DNA of 64,000 bases from Planctomycetota bacterium (lineage in GTDB: Bacteria > Planctomycetota > UBA1135 > UBA2386): assembly GCA_965223545.1 (NCBI GenBank), contig OZ245006.1:384001-448000 (forward strand), given 5' to 3'. Each line of letters starts with the position of its first letter. Position 1 is the first letter of the stretch. The position numbers were made by a program, and so were the translations under genes. Shown piece after piece: positions 29,352 to 39,440 of this stretch. The notes beneath the pieces are model-generated. The model was not told the origin of the DNA, ran no database searches, and saw only the letters and a list, made by a program, of their open reading frames with translations.

Positions 29352-29690
29352 TGCGTGCCTGAACGGAGCCACCTCGGTTCGGGCCAGCGGAGCCACCCCA
29401 GTTCGCGCGCGTGGAGCCACCCTCGTTCGGCTGAACGGAGCCATCTGACGGTCCGAGCTGCCACCTGATCTGGAGTTTGGGTGAGCCGCCCGCCGCCCGG
29501 GATCCTCGTGGGATCTACCAAACCAACCACGAGGACCAGATGGGCAACGGGAGGCTCACGATGCATCGCCTACAAGATCTTGTCCAGCTCCACCGCCAAG
29601 CCTGCCAGCTCGAGCAATCGCGCGGCTGCTGCGGATGGGGCGCAACACGGTGTCGCGCTACTCCGAGGCGCTGAGGTTGGCCGTGCGCGG
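29352..29690 (+). mobile_element. IS21-family left-end remnant: repeated terminal motifs plus a frameshifted istA 5' fragment
   Basis: Starts TG; GGAGCCACC core at 29365, 29389, 29413 and GGAGCCATC at 29437 (24-bp period); GAGGA and ATG at 29540 give MGNGRLTMHRLQDLVQLHRQ, then a frameshift to ARAIARLLRMGRNTVSRY (HTH). Confidence 0.75.
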
Positions 29691-29804
29691 CTCGAAAATA
29701 CTGAACAGACTGTCGTCGTTGGGCGCCTGCTCGCCACGTCGCCACGTAGCACGCGACAGTTGATCTGATCGACAACGCGAAGGCTGAGGCGCGGACTTGT
29801 TCGG

Positions 29805-30407
29805 TCAGTACCACGGGGGCAATCCTAACCGCCCCGAATAGGGGTCAACCGCACCGCTGCGCCTGCGAAACACAGGCCAATTCGGCGGGAACCCGAAGAA
29901 ATCGCGGAGCCTCTTCTCGGCGACGGCAACACCCGACTTCTCCATGGCTTCCCGATATATCTCAAAATGAACTCTTCGCCACCGGATTCGATCCTGCCGA
30001 TTCAAGTCCATACGCTCGACGATCCAACTGCCTTTCTTCGTCCGAGGCCAAACCTCACCAGTTTCGGAAATGCGAAGATGTAGGCCATAGGGTGCAACCT
30101 CCGGATGAAGCTCCGCCGGCAGCTCGCTGGTCCCCTTGATTCGATTGCATTCATTGCATGCATACACGAGATTCAAGTAATCCGTCGTGATTGCGGGGTA
30201 CCTACTCTTGGGTCGATAGTGATCGATACCAAAGAAAGAGGCGTTCAGGTTCCAAGTTTCACGGCTAAGACAGTAAACACATGCAAAAATGAATTCGTCA
30301 CGAAGAAAATCTCTATAGGACCTATAGGACCTATATGCAACTGGAGCATGGCGACGCACATGCTCTCGGGTCGGATACTCGAAGCTCGGTCGATCTCCTG
30401 CAACCAT
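29805..30407 (-). CDS. HNH endonuclease
   Basis: CVYC...IDHYRPK...YLNLVYACNECNRIKG. Confidence 0.9.
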   Translation of the reverse strand: MVAGDRPSFEYPTREHVRRHAPVAYRSYRSYRDFLRDEFIFACVYCLSRETWNLNASFFGIDHYRPKSRYPAITTDYLNLVYACNECNRIKGTSELPAELHPEVAPYGLHLRISETGEVWPRTKKGSWIVERMDLNRQDRIRWRRVHFEIYREAMEKSGVAVAEKRLRDFFGFPPNWPVFRRRSGAVDPYSGRLGLPPWY

Positions 30408-30425
30408 CTTGCTGCTCCGGCGACG

Positions 30426-31061
30426 CTAGTCATGCCGCGTTCGTATCGACCTAAGCTCCTTTAGGGTCATCTCGGCCTGCGAGACATCGAGCGTAGAGAT
30501 GGATTCAAGTAGCCGCCGATGCTCTGTCTGCAGTTGAGCAAGGGAGTCCTCCTCTTCCCTGGTCAACCCCACCCCGCGGTGCTTCTTGTCGACCAGCGCA
30601 ACCCTTTCTCTATTCACTTGATCCGCCCGCTGTTCTATTCGCCAAACATCGATCAGCCTAGGGACCTTCTCGAACTCGTGTGCGAGGTCCGCCACCGGCT
30701 TCTCGACATAAAGGGACCCTCGAAACTCCTCGGCCTTAAGGCGGGTCACCTCGTCGCCGTGACCAGTCAAAAAAAAGATGAACGGGCCCGGAATTTTACG
30801 GCACGCCGCATTGATGCGAATACTCTCAGCGAGCCCGAATCCCCGAGACTCGTTCCCGAAACGAATATCGAGCACAACCAAGTCAACAACGAGGGCTTTG
30901 AGCTTCGCAACTCCGTCGTCCGGATCGCAACTTACTCCAAGGACAGCCCAACCCTCGTCTTCAAGAGCGTTCCGTGCCTGCTCTCCATGCAGATACTCGT
31001 CATCGATGACGAATGCGCACATCCCCACGCCCCCCTTTCTCCGTACGCCTGCTTTCGTCAT
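30426..31061 (-). CDS. Response regulator (REC) with a short helical C-terminal domain
   Basis: VIDDE, LVVLDIR (phospho-Asp), FLTGH, VEKP; tail NRERVALVDKK...LTREEEDSLAQLQ. Confidence 0.85.
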   Translation of the reverse strand: MTKAGVRRKGGVGMCAFVIDDEYLHGEQARNALEDEGWAVLGVSCDPDDGVAKLKALVVDLVVLDIRFGNESRGFGLAESIRINAACRKIPGPFIFFLTGHGDEVTRLKAEEFRGSLYVEKPVADLAHEFEKVPRLIDVWRIEQRADQVNRERVALVDKKHRGVGLTREEEDSLAQLQTEHRRLLESISTLDVSQAEMTLKELRSIRTRHD

Positions 31062-32884
31062 TCTCGTTTCGGGTCAGGAGGAGGGGATGGGTCGCGAAAG
31101 GTGGCTGAAAAATAGGTGCCGCCCTGTTTACTGCCGAAGTCAACTCTACCCCTGAGTTGCTCTTCGATCAACCCAAAAACAAGTCGGAGGCCAAGCGACT
31201 CAGCCCTTCTTGGATCGAAACCAACAGGCAACCCGACTCCTGTATCGGTCACCTGAATCTGGATCTGGCGCTCCACGGTCTGCGTGAAACTGACGAAGAG
31301 GTTACCCCGCCCTCGGGTATCAGGAAACGCGTGCTTGAAAGCGTTCGAGACTAGCTCTTGCATTACGAGTGCGCACGGGACCATCGCGTCCAAGCTCATA
31401 CGCAGGCCGCTATCAGCATTCACTCGGGCGCTGACTTGCTGCCCATCATGGGAATAGGTCGAGACCAACTTGCGCACCAGATTCCGAACATAGTCACCGA
31501 CAACGATGTGATCGACTCGCTTTTCCCTATACAATAGCTCGTGCAGGTCGGCGATCGCGACTACTCGAGTCTGACAATCCCGGAGTGACGTCGCAGCCTC
31601 GCTTGAGCCCGTCGCCCGACGTTCGCGGTCTAATACGGCATTAATCGTCTGCAAATTGTTCTTTACGCGGTGGTGCACTTCCACCAGACGACGCTCTCCC
31701 GCCTGTTCCGGACGAAGATCTCGCGCGTAGCCGATTACACCAATGGGCTCGCCAGCTTGCAGCATGAGGCGAGAAGTGATTTCGACTGGTATCCTCTCGT
31801 CTTGGTTCCCCAAAAATGCCGCGTCATAGGTGGAGGTGGCCTCGGCCGGATTCGCACTATGCACCAGATTACGGATCTCGCGCGACACAATTTCCGCATA
31901 CTCCGGTGCAATGATTCTATCGGAGGGAATGAGCTTCGTCGAACTTAATCCTGACCATTCTTTTGTGCCGCGTCGGCCAACAATATCCAGAGCGGCATCG
32001 CTCAGGCGGTAATTGCCACTCAGATCGTGCTCGAAAATTGCTGTACTCGGCGAATTCAAAAGTTCCTCAAGCCGCTTCAAGCGCTCCTGGGTGCGCATCG
32101 GCTCAGCCAACGTTCTAAGGTCCCAAAAATACACTTCAACGCCTACGATGTCTGTCCCACCTTCGACAAACAACGGCAACTTGATTACAGTGACATCGCG
32201 AACTTCACCATCGCCAAATCGGTGTTCTTCCGTCGCGGTGTGAGGTTTACCAGTCTGTAGAACATACCGATCGCTCTTCTTGTATAGCTCCGCCAAGTCG
32301 GGCCCGTACAGAAGTCGGTCGCTGTTCTTCACAGCGAGAATCTCTTCTCGTGACTTCCGCGCAAGTTGGCAGAACATCTGATTGACCCAAGAGATACGCC
32401 CCTTCGGATCCTTGCGGGCAATGCATATTGGCAGCTTGTCCAGCAACATGTCCACAGATTCGGGGTCGCGAGCGTACGGGCGCCCTCCCGGAAGATAGGC
32501 GATAGTCGGACCCGCTTCCTCAAGGACCGAAGGCTCCAATGACCGGTCGAGCACGATGCCTTCTAGGGCCGTGATGGAACCGGAAGGCGAGAGGATGGCC
32601 CGGCCGCTATTTGCTACGCGAACTACACTACCGTCTGCGTGGCGCCACCGTAGCACATGTTCCTTCACGTACTGGCCTTTCTCAGCTTCAAGCCTATCTA
32701 GCCAAGCTGTGCGCTCCTGGAGGTCGTAGTACAGAACGCGGGCGGACACGCTCGTTAGCTGGTCGACGGATTTGTAGCCTAGCAAGTCCGCCAAGGCCTG
32801 ATTCGCGTACTGGATAACACCATCCGCAGTAGACCGGTAGACGCCATACGGAAGCGAGTCTAGGAATTCCTGTGGGACGGCCAC
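31058..32884 (-). CDS. Cytoplasmic triple-PAS sensor histidine kinase (HisKA_2 type)
   Basis: Three PAS-like segments, H-box EVHHRVKNNLQ, ELVSNAFKHAF, DTGVG, SLGLRLV; no TM helix. Confidence 0.92.
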   Translation of the reverse strand: MAVPQEFLDSLPYGVYRSTADGVIQYANQALADLLGYKSVDQLTSVSARVLYYDLQERTAWLDRLEAEKGQYVKEHVLRWRHADGSVVRVANSGRAILSPSGSITALEGIVLDRSLEPSVLEEAGPTIAYLPGGRPYARDPESVDMLLDKLPICIARKDPKGRISWVNQMFCQLARKSREEILAVKNSDRLLYGPDLAELYKKSDRYVLQTGKPHTATEEHRFGDGEVRDVTVIKLPLFVEGGTDIVGVEVYFWDLRTLAEPMRTQERLKRLEELLNSPSTAIFEHDLSGNYRLSDAALDIVGRRGTKEWSGLSSTKLIPSDRIIAPEYAEIVSREIRNLVHSANPAEATSTYDAAFLGNQDERIPVEITSRLMLQAGEPIGVIGYARDLRPEQAGERRLVEVHHRVKNNLQTINAVLDRERRATGSSEAATSLRDCQTRVVAIADLHELLYREKRVDHIVVGDYVRNLVRKLVSTYSHDGQQVSARVNADSGLRMSLDAMVPCALVMQELVSNAFKHAFPDTRGRGNLFVSFTQTVERQIQIQVTDTGVGLPVGFDPRRAESLGLRLVFGLIEEQLRGRVDFGSKQGGTYFSATFRDPSPPPDPKRE

Positions 32885-33247
32885 GGTTCTGCGAACGCGA
32901 CAGGCAGCCAGCCGCTGGGCCGCCCGCTGTCGCTAGTTGGTTAGGACATCGGGCAAAAGATAGCACATCCCTAACAGAGGTCAGAAGTTTCTCCGTTGAT
33001 CGCGACCGCCGTAGAGCTGACCAGCCGGAACCTCCGGTCGCACAGGGCGATGGGAACGCGGGTTCGGTGCCGCCGGGGCCGGTCTTGCGCAACCAATCCA
33101 ACGACCGCCCCACTCTCTCGCAGACACAGGCGGACAAGTTGACAGATCGGAAAAACACTGCCTGATCGCGCGCCGTTGAGGCAAGAACGAAGGGGTCACA
33201 AGCTCACACTGGCGCGACGGCATTCGCCACCGAAGTCGCCTGCACCA

Positions 33248-35755
33248 CTACCGATGACGACGCTCGGGACCGCGGTGCGGGCGCGCACGCAACGGATTCT
33301 CCGGCCACGCATGGCGCGGATAACGGCGGCGCATCTCGACCCGCACGCCCGGGTACACATTGTCCCAGAAGCTCGCGAGGTCGCGGGTCACCTGCACCGG
33401 GCGTTGGCTCGGCAACAGGAGCTCGAGGACGACCGGCACGCGACCGCCCGCGACGGTCGGGGTCTCGCGCTGCCCGAACATCTCTTGGACGGCACAGCGC
33501 ACGGTGGGGCCGGCGGGCGCGCCGTAGTCGATGTTTGCCTGGCGACCGGACGGCAGCAGCAGGCGCGCCGGGGCCAGCTGGCGGAGTCGACCCTGGGCCG
33601 GACCGAGACCGGCGCGCAGCGCGTCGACGACGGCGTCGGTACGCAAGTCCGCGAGCCGCGTGCCGATGAGCACGGTGCGCGCGGCGGCGACGACCGCGGC
33701 GTCGTCGAGATCGGGCAGCTCGAGCTCGGGGCGCGCGGCCCGCAACCACGCCACCCGCGCGCACAGCGCGTCGATGCGCGCGCGCGGCTGCAGATAGCGC
33801 CAGGGGTCGCGTTCGAGCAGGTCGCCGAGAAGCTCCGCAGCGGTGGCCGCGTCGACCGCGCCGCCGCGCGCCTCTTCGACCACCAGATCGCGAAACCGCA
33901 GCCGGCGCACGCCGACGACGCGCGCCGCGTCTTCATCGAGCACCGCCTCCACTTGTTGTTCGAGCGCGTCGGGCCAGACGCGCCGGAGCATCGCGCGGTC
34001 GACGTGGACGGTGCGCGTGACCGCGGAGCGGGTCGCGCGGCGATTGCCGGGATCGGCGACGGCGACGGCGAGGAACAGCTCGCCTTTCGAACCGGCGCCG
34101 TCGTCCGGCAGGCGCACGCCGCGCCCCCCCACCATCACGGCCTCGGCCGGACCGATGATGCAGCACACGCGGTCGGGGTAGGCGGTGAGCAGGGCTTGGG
34201 CAACGCGCTGTTCCGCGTCCGCCCGGTCTGGTGGCGCGAGCGCGTCGCGGTGCAGGCGGCGGGCGACGCGCACGACCTCGTGCACCGCGCCCCCGTCGAG
34301 GCCGTTGGCGGCGCAGCGCCGGCGGTCGACGCGCGGCTGCGCCACCGTGCGCACCAGGTCGGCCAGCTCGAGCAGGTCGAGCGGGTGGGATCCGGGCGCT
34401 GCGTCGCGCAGCACGACCTCGCGTTCGGCCAACAGCGCCACCGGCAGCGCCGCCTGCGCGGCACAACCGAGACGCTCGGCCTCGAGCATCGCGCGCGCCA
34501 GGCGCGGGTGTAGCGGCCGGTCCAGCATGCGCCGACCGGTCGCGGTCAGCTGGTCGCCGTCCTCCTCGATCGCGCCGAGGCCACGCAGCAGATCCTCGGC
34601 GGCGGCCAGCGCGCCCGCCGCTGGCGCTTCAAACCAACCAAACCGCGCGGCCGGCACGGCCGAGAACGCACGCAGCTGCAACACCGCGCCACAGACGTCG
34701 AGCCGGCGCACCTCCGGCGGCTCGACCGCCGCACGCGCGCGGTGCTCGGCCTCGGTCCACAGGCGGTAGCAAACACCCGGCCCCAACCGGCCGGCGCGAC
34801 CGCGGCGTTGGTCCGCCGAGGCCATGCTGATCGGCTGCAGGCGCAACACGTCGAGACCGCGGGTGGGGTCGTGCTGCAGGCGGCGCACCAGCCCTGTGTC
34901 GATCACCGCGCCGACCCCCGGCAGGGTGACCGAGCTCTCGGCCAAGTTGGTGGACAGCACCACGCGCCGGGTCGTGCCAGGCTGCAGCGCCGCGTCCTGC
35001 GCCTTGGCGTCGAGGCTGCCGTGCAGCTCGAGGACCTCGACCGAGAGCCGGCGTTCGGCCAGCGCACGCGCGGCGGCGCGGATCTCGCCGACGCCGGGCA
35101 AGAACACCAGCACGTCGCGCTCGGTCTCGTCGAGCGCGCGGCGCACGGCGGCAGCCACGCGCTCGGCCAGCGCGCGCTGCGAGGGACGCGCGTCGTACTC
35201 GGTGCGCACCTCGTGCGAACGCACCGGCACCTCGACCACCGGACAGTCGCCCAGGAACGCCGCAATCGGCGCGGTCTCCAGCGTCGCCGACATCACCACC
35301 ACGAGCAGGTCGGGGCGCACGGTGGCGCGCGCCTCGGCGAGCATGCCGAGCGCGAGATCGCCCTCGAGGTGCCGCTCGTGGAACTCGTCCAGCACCACGG
35401 CACCGACCCCTTCGAGGAAGGGATCGCGGGTCAGCTGGCGCACCAAGACACCCTCGGTGACGTAGCGCAGCCGGGTCGCCGGGCTGGCGATGCGCTCGTG
35501 CCGCACTTGGTAGCCGACCTCGGCGCCGACCCGGCCGCCGCGCTCGGCGGCGACGCGCCGCGCCGCGGCCCGCGCGGCGACCCGCCGCGGCTCGAGCACG
35601 ACCACCTCGCCCTCGACCCCCGCGTCGACGAGCGCCGGGGGCAACCGCGTGGTCTTGCCGGTGCCTGGTGCCGCGGCGACCACCGCCGCACCGCGCACGC
35701 GAATCGTGTCGACGAGCGCGGCCAGGTGCTCGTCGATCGGCAGGGCGGTCCGCAT
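33248..35755 (-). CDS. hrpB: ATP-dependent helicase HrpB
   Basis: PGTGKTT, DEFHER, MSAT, QRRGRAGR, C-terminal RRRYPRHAWP. Confidence 0.95.
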   Translation of the reverse strand: MRTALPIDEHLAALVDTIRVRGAAVVAAAPGTGKTTRLPPALVDAGVEGEVVVLEPRRVAARAAARRVAAERGGRVGAEVGYQVRHERIASPATRLRYVTEGVLVRQLTRDPFLEGVGAVVLDEFHERHLEGDLALGMLAEARATVRPDLLVVVMSATLETAPIAAFLGDCPVVEVPVRSHEVRTEYDARPSQRALAERVAAAVRRALDETERDVLVFLPGVGEIRAAARALAERRLSVEVLELHGSLDAKAQDAALQPGTTRRVVLSTNLAESSVTLPGVGAVIDTGLVRRLQHDPTRGLDVLRLQPISMASADQRRGRAGRLGPGVCYRLWTEAEHRARAAVEPPEVRRLDVCGAVLQLRAFSAVPAARFGWFEAPAAGALAAAEDLLRGLGAIEEDGDQLTATGRRMLDRPLHPRLARAMLEAERLGCAAQAALPVALLAEREVVLRDAAPGSHPLDLLELADLVRTVAQPRVDRRRCAANGLDGGAVHEVVRVARRLHRDALAPPDRADAEQRVAQALLTAYPDRVCCIIGPAEAVMVGGRGVRLPDDGAGSKGELFLAVAVADPGNRRATRSAVTRTVHVDRAMLRRVWPDALEQQVEAVLDEDAARVVGVRRLRFRDLVVEEARGGAVDAATAAELLGDLLERDPWRYLQPRARIDALCARVAWLRAARPELELPDLDDAAVVAAARTVLIGTRLADLRTDAVVDALRAGLGPAQGRLRQLAPARLLLPSGRQANIDYGAPAGPTVRCAVQEMFGQRETPTVAGGRVPVVLELLLPSQRPVQVTRDLASFWDNVYPGVRVEMRRRYPRHAWPENPLRARPHRGPERRHR

Positions 35756-35775
35756 TCGGCGCTCCGCGCCGCGGC

Positions 35776-36369
35776 CTACAGCGGCCGCCGGCCTTCGACC
35801 GCGTCGTCGAGAATGCTGCTCGACACCTGATCCAACGACGAACCCGCAGGGAGTCCGCGTGCCAGCCGCGTCACCCGCACGCGACCGCGCAACCGCTCGG
35901 CGACCAGCTGCGCCGTCGCCTCACCGTCAAGGTCAGGGTTGGTCGCGACACACACCTCCTCGATCCCCCCGGCGGCGACGCGGCGCTGCAGCGCGGCCAA
36001 GGTCAGGTCGTCGGCACCGAGCCCCTCGACGCTCGACAGCCGGCCCTGCAGCACGTGGAACAACCCGCGGTACCCGGTGCCGTCGAACGGCGCCAGGTCG
36101 CGCGGGTGCTCGACCACCAGCACCATGCGGCGATCGCGGTCGTTATCTGCGCAGACCCGGCACGGATCGGTCTCGTCCACGTTGAAGCACTGGCCACAGA
36201 CCACGATCGCGCGCACCGCGCCGGCGATCGCATCGCTGAGCTCGAGCGCTTCCGCGTCGGGCACGCGCAGCAGGTGGAACGCCAACCGCTCGGCGGACTT
36301 GGGCCCGATGCCGGGCAGCCGCCGCAGCGCCGCCATCAGCCGTTCCAGCGATGGCGTGCGCTTGCTCAA
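35776..36369 (-). CDS. recR: Recombination protein RecR
   Basis: LPGIGPKSAERLA, C4 zinc finger, ATNPDLDGEATA. Confidence 0.97.
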   Translation of the reverse strand: MSKRTPSLERLMAALRRLPGIGPKSAERLAFHLLRVPDAEALELSDAIAGAVRAIVVCGQCFNVDETDPCRVCADNDRDRRMVLVVEHPRDLAPFDGTGYRGLFHVLQGRLSSVEGLGADDLTLAALQRRVAAGGIEEVCVATNPDLDGEATAQLVAERLRGRVRVTRLARGLPAGSSLDQVSSSILDDAVEGRRPL

Positions 36370-36692
36370 AAGCCGAGGCCGGGCAGGTTCATGCCGCCGG
36401 TCACCTTGCCCATCTCACGCTGGCGCAGCTCCTTGGCGGCGTGCATCGCCTGACGAACGGCGGTGGTGACCAGGTCTTCGAGGGTCTCGACGTCGTCGGG
36501 GTCGACCGCGTCCTTGCCGATCTGCACCGCCTGGATCTCCTGCGCGCCGTTGACGAACGCCTTGACGATGCCACCGCCGGACGAACCCTCGAGGACCCGC
36601 TGGGCCAGGTCCTCCTCGACCTCTTGCATGCGCTTCTGCATGCCCTGCGCCTGCTTGAGCAGGCTGCTCATGTCTCCGAATCCTTGCGCCAT
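36366..36692 (-). CDS. ybaB: YbaB/EbfC nucleoid-associated protein
   Basis: GSSGGGIV, DVETLEDLV; dnaX-ybaB-recR synteny. Confidence 0.95.
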   Translation of the reverse strand: MAQGFGDMSSLLKQAQGMQKRMQEVEEDLAQRVLEGSSGGGIVKAFVNGAQEIQAVQIGKDAVDPDDVETLEDLVTTAVRQAMHAAKELRQREMGKVTGGMNLPGLGF

Positions 36693-36695
36693 CTG

Positions 36696-38471
36696 CTACC
36701 GATCCTGATCGCTGGGTTCTTCTGGGGTTGGGCGGGCCGCATCGCCGTTGTCGACGATCTGCCCATCGAATGCGTCGACGATCTTGCGCACCGCCGCGCT
36801 CGGCGGCTTGCCCGAACGCGCGGTGCCGGTCGCCTTTGTGCTCGTCGCTTTGCCGTCGGCGGGCGGCGTCTCCGCCTCAGTCGCTGTGCCGGCCGACCCG
36901 CCGCCAGCCTCCACGCGCAGGCCGACCTCGCGGCCGAGGACCTCGCGCAGCGCGGCCCGCACCTGCTGCTGCACGCCCGCTGCCGCCAGCCGATCGCGGT
37001 GCAGCCGCTGCCCCTCGACCAGCTCGAGCACCACGACTCCCTGATCGTCGGGCGGCCGCACGGAGCAATGCTGCACGGTGCGCTGAAGCAAGGTGTTGTT
37101 GCCGAGGGCCGCGAGCAGCTGGTCGCGGAGATCGCCGCCCGCGGGCGCCGCTCTTGCCGCTGCGGCCGAAACCGGTGCCGGTTTGGACGGCGCTGCCGGA
37201 GCCGGAGCTGCGGGCGCAGCAGGAGCCGCTGGCGCCACCACCCCCGACCCCGACGCCGCCGCCATCGCCAGCTCGGCGAGCTGCGGCAGCTGGCCGGCCT
37301 CCGCCATGCGCAGCAGCGCGAGCTCGAGCACCAGCCGGCGGTCGTCGAGCTTGCGGATCCGCTCGCGCCCGATCAGCCCGGCCTGGATCATCGCCTCGAC
37401 CCGCGGCCGGTCGGCTTCGCGCGCGCACGCGACGAGCCGCTCGCGCGCAGCACCCGCGTGGCGCACCAGCACCGAGTCGTCGCCGTCGACCTGCAGCAGC
37501 AGCACCGCGCGCAGCACCTCGAGCACCTCGCCGAGGGCCTCGCGCTCGTCGGCGCCGCCGTCGACGACCTCGGCGGCAAAGCGCAGCGCCGGCGCCGCCT
37601 CGCCGCGCACCAGCGCGCCGACCACGTCGAGCACGGCATCGAAGCCGACGCGATGCTCGAGGGCGCGATACGCGGAGAGGTCGAACGCCTCCCCCATCTC
37701 GCGCGCCACCGGCAGCAGCCGCTCGAGGGTGGTCTCGGCGTCGCGCATGCCACCGCGCGACGCCACCGCGACCTCGGCCAGCACCTCGGCCGGCATCGCC
37801 ACGCCTTCCCGCGCACAGATGTCGGCCAGGCGGCGCTCGATGTCGCCCTCGTCCAGGCGGCGCAGGTGCTCGACCTGGCAGCGCGAGCGGATCGTGTCCG
37901 GCACCTTGTGCAGCTCGGTCGTCGCCAGCACGAAGACCACGTTCTTCGGCGGCTCCTCCAGCGTCTTGAGGAACGCGTTGAACGCGTTCCGCGTCAGCAT
38001 GTGCACCTCGTCGAGGATGTAGACCTTGTAGCGCGAGCCCATCGACGCGAAGCCGACGCGGTCGCGCAGCTCGCGGATGTCGTCGACGAGGTTGTGCGAG
38101 GCGGCGTCGATCTCGACGACGTCGGCGTTGGTGCCCGCCAGGATGGTCTTGCACGGCGAGCACTCGCCGCACGGCTCGACGGTCGGCCCCTGCTCGCAGT
38201 TGAGGCAGCGCGCGAGGATGCGCGCGGTGGTGGTCTTGCCGACGCCGCGGCTGCCCGAGAACAGGTAGGCGTGGTGGATGCGGCCGGACGCGATCGCGCT
38301 GCTCAGCGTCTGGAGCAGCGCCTCCTGGCCGACCAGGTCGGCGAACGTGGTCGGCCGAAAGCGGCGGGCGACCACGACGTACGGCTTGCCCGCCGACGTC
38401 TCCGTGGACTGGGCGCCGACCTCGACGGTCTGCCCTTTGGCCTGCTTCTTGTCTTGCTTCTTGCCCGCCAT
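36696..38471 (-). CDS. dnaX: DNA polymerase III gamma/tau subunit
   Basis: ARRFRP, GSRGVGKTT, EIDAAS, DEVHML, LKTLEEPP, SRC. Confidence 0.96.
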   Translation of the reverse strand: MAGKKQDKKQAKGQTVEVGAQSTETSAGKPYVVVARRFRPTTFADLVGQEALLQTLSSAIASGRIHHAYLFSGSRGVGKTTTARILARCLNCEQGPTVEPCGECSPCKTILAGTNADVVEIDAASHNLVDDIRELRDRVGFASMGSRYKVYILDEVHMLTRNAFNAFLKTLEEPPKNVVFVLATTELHKVPDTIRSRCQVEHLRRLDEGDIERRLADICAREGVAMPAEVLAEVAVASRGGMRDAETTLERLLPVAREMGEAFDLSAYRALEHRVGFDAVLDVVGALVRGEAAPALRFAAEVVDGGADEREALGEVLEVLRAVLLLQVDGDDSVLVRHAGAARERLVACAREADRPRVEAMIQAGLIGRERIRKLDDRRLVLELALLRMAEAGQLPQLAELAMAAASGSGVVAPAAPAAPAAPAPAAPSKPAPVSAAAARAAPAGGDLRDQLLAALGNNTLLQRTVQHCSVRPPDDQGVVVLELVEGQRLHRDRLAAAGVQQQVRAALREVLGREVGLRVEAGGGSAGTATEAETPPADGKATSTKATGTARSGKPPSAAVRKIVDAFDGQIVDNGDAARPTPEEPSDQDR

Positions 38472-38511
38472 GGCTTTGCGGCCCGCCATCCTAATCCACG
38501 GCGCGTCGCAA

Positions 38512-38624
38512 GGTGCAGACCACCAGGCACCCCGGGCACAAGAGACTGCATGCTTATGGCTGCTCCGTTCCCGGCCTGACCAGGTTCGCACCGCCCCCTT
38601 GCTCGGGACCCGGTGGGCTGCACC
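38512..38624 (-). ncRNA. ffs: Signal recognition particle RNA (small type)
   Basis: Domain IV-like GTCAGGCCGGGAACGGAGCAGC; closing stem GGTGCAG/CTGCACC; usual position upstream of dnaX. Confidence 0.88.
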
Positions 38625-38657
38625 CTGCGGCGCGTTCGCCGCCGGCGGAGGTGAGAA

Positions 38658-38749
<92 letters not shown>

Positions 38750-38807
38750 GCTGGAGGCTGGCTACTGGTCTAGCCCCAACCTCGCCGTGGTGCAAACGGA
38801 TTGTGAA

Positions 38808-38897
<90 letters not shown>

Positions 38898-38938
38898 GCG
38901 CGAGAGGGACGGGCATTCTGCATCGAGCCGGGGCGTTG

Positions 38939-39394
38939 TCAACGCAATCGCCGGAAGAACGCGCGCAGCAGGGCGGCGCTGTCCTCGGCCAGCAGGCCCT
39001 CGTGCACGGCGCAGCGGTGGTTCAGGCGGGCGTCGGCCGGCAGCGCGAAGAGCGAGCCGCAGGCGCCGAACTTGGGATCGCGCGCCGCGAACACGATGCG
39101 CTCGACCCGCGCGTGCAGCGCCGCCCCGGCGCACATCACGCACGGCTCGAGCGAGCAGTAGAGCACCGCCCCCGGCAGCCGCCCCTCGCCGGCGGTGGCG
39201 AAGGCCGCCTCCAGGGCCAACATCTCGGCGTGCGCCAGCGGCGAGCCCCGCTCCTCGCAGCGATTGTGCGCTTCACCGAGCACCCCCCCCTCCCGCACCA
39301 CGACCGCGCCCACCGGCACCTCGTCGGCCGCCGCCGCCGCCCGCGCCAGCTCCAGACACCGCAGCATCCACCGCTCGTCGCTTGTCGCGCCCAT
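38939..39394 (-). CDS. tadA: tRNA adenosine(34) deaminase
   Basis: EVPVGA, HAE, LEPCVMC, DPKFGA, FFRRLR. Confidence 0.94.
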   Translation of the reverse strand: MGATSDERWMLRCLELARAAAAADEVPVGAVVVREGGVLGEAHNRCEERGSPLAHAEMLALEAAFATAGEGRLPGAVLYCSLEPCVMCAGAALHARVERIVFAARDPKFGACGSLFALPADARLNHRCAVHEGLLAEDSAALLRAFFRRLR

Positions 39395-39440
39395 CGCGCC
39401 CTTCTACCATCCGAACTTTCTCCCGCGAACCCGCCGACCC

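Noticed and set aside
29361..29465. 24-bp-period repeats as a CRISPR array
   Set aside because: The period is too short for repeat plus spacer, no cas genes are present, and the adjacent istA fragment explains them as an IS21 end.
30313..30335. 9-bp tandem repeat in the HNH gene
   Set aside because: It is in frame (YRSYRSYR), only about 2.5 copies, and cannot switch phase.
36696..38471. Programmed frameshift in dnaX
   Set aside because: No A-rich slippery site was seen in the linker region.
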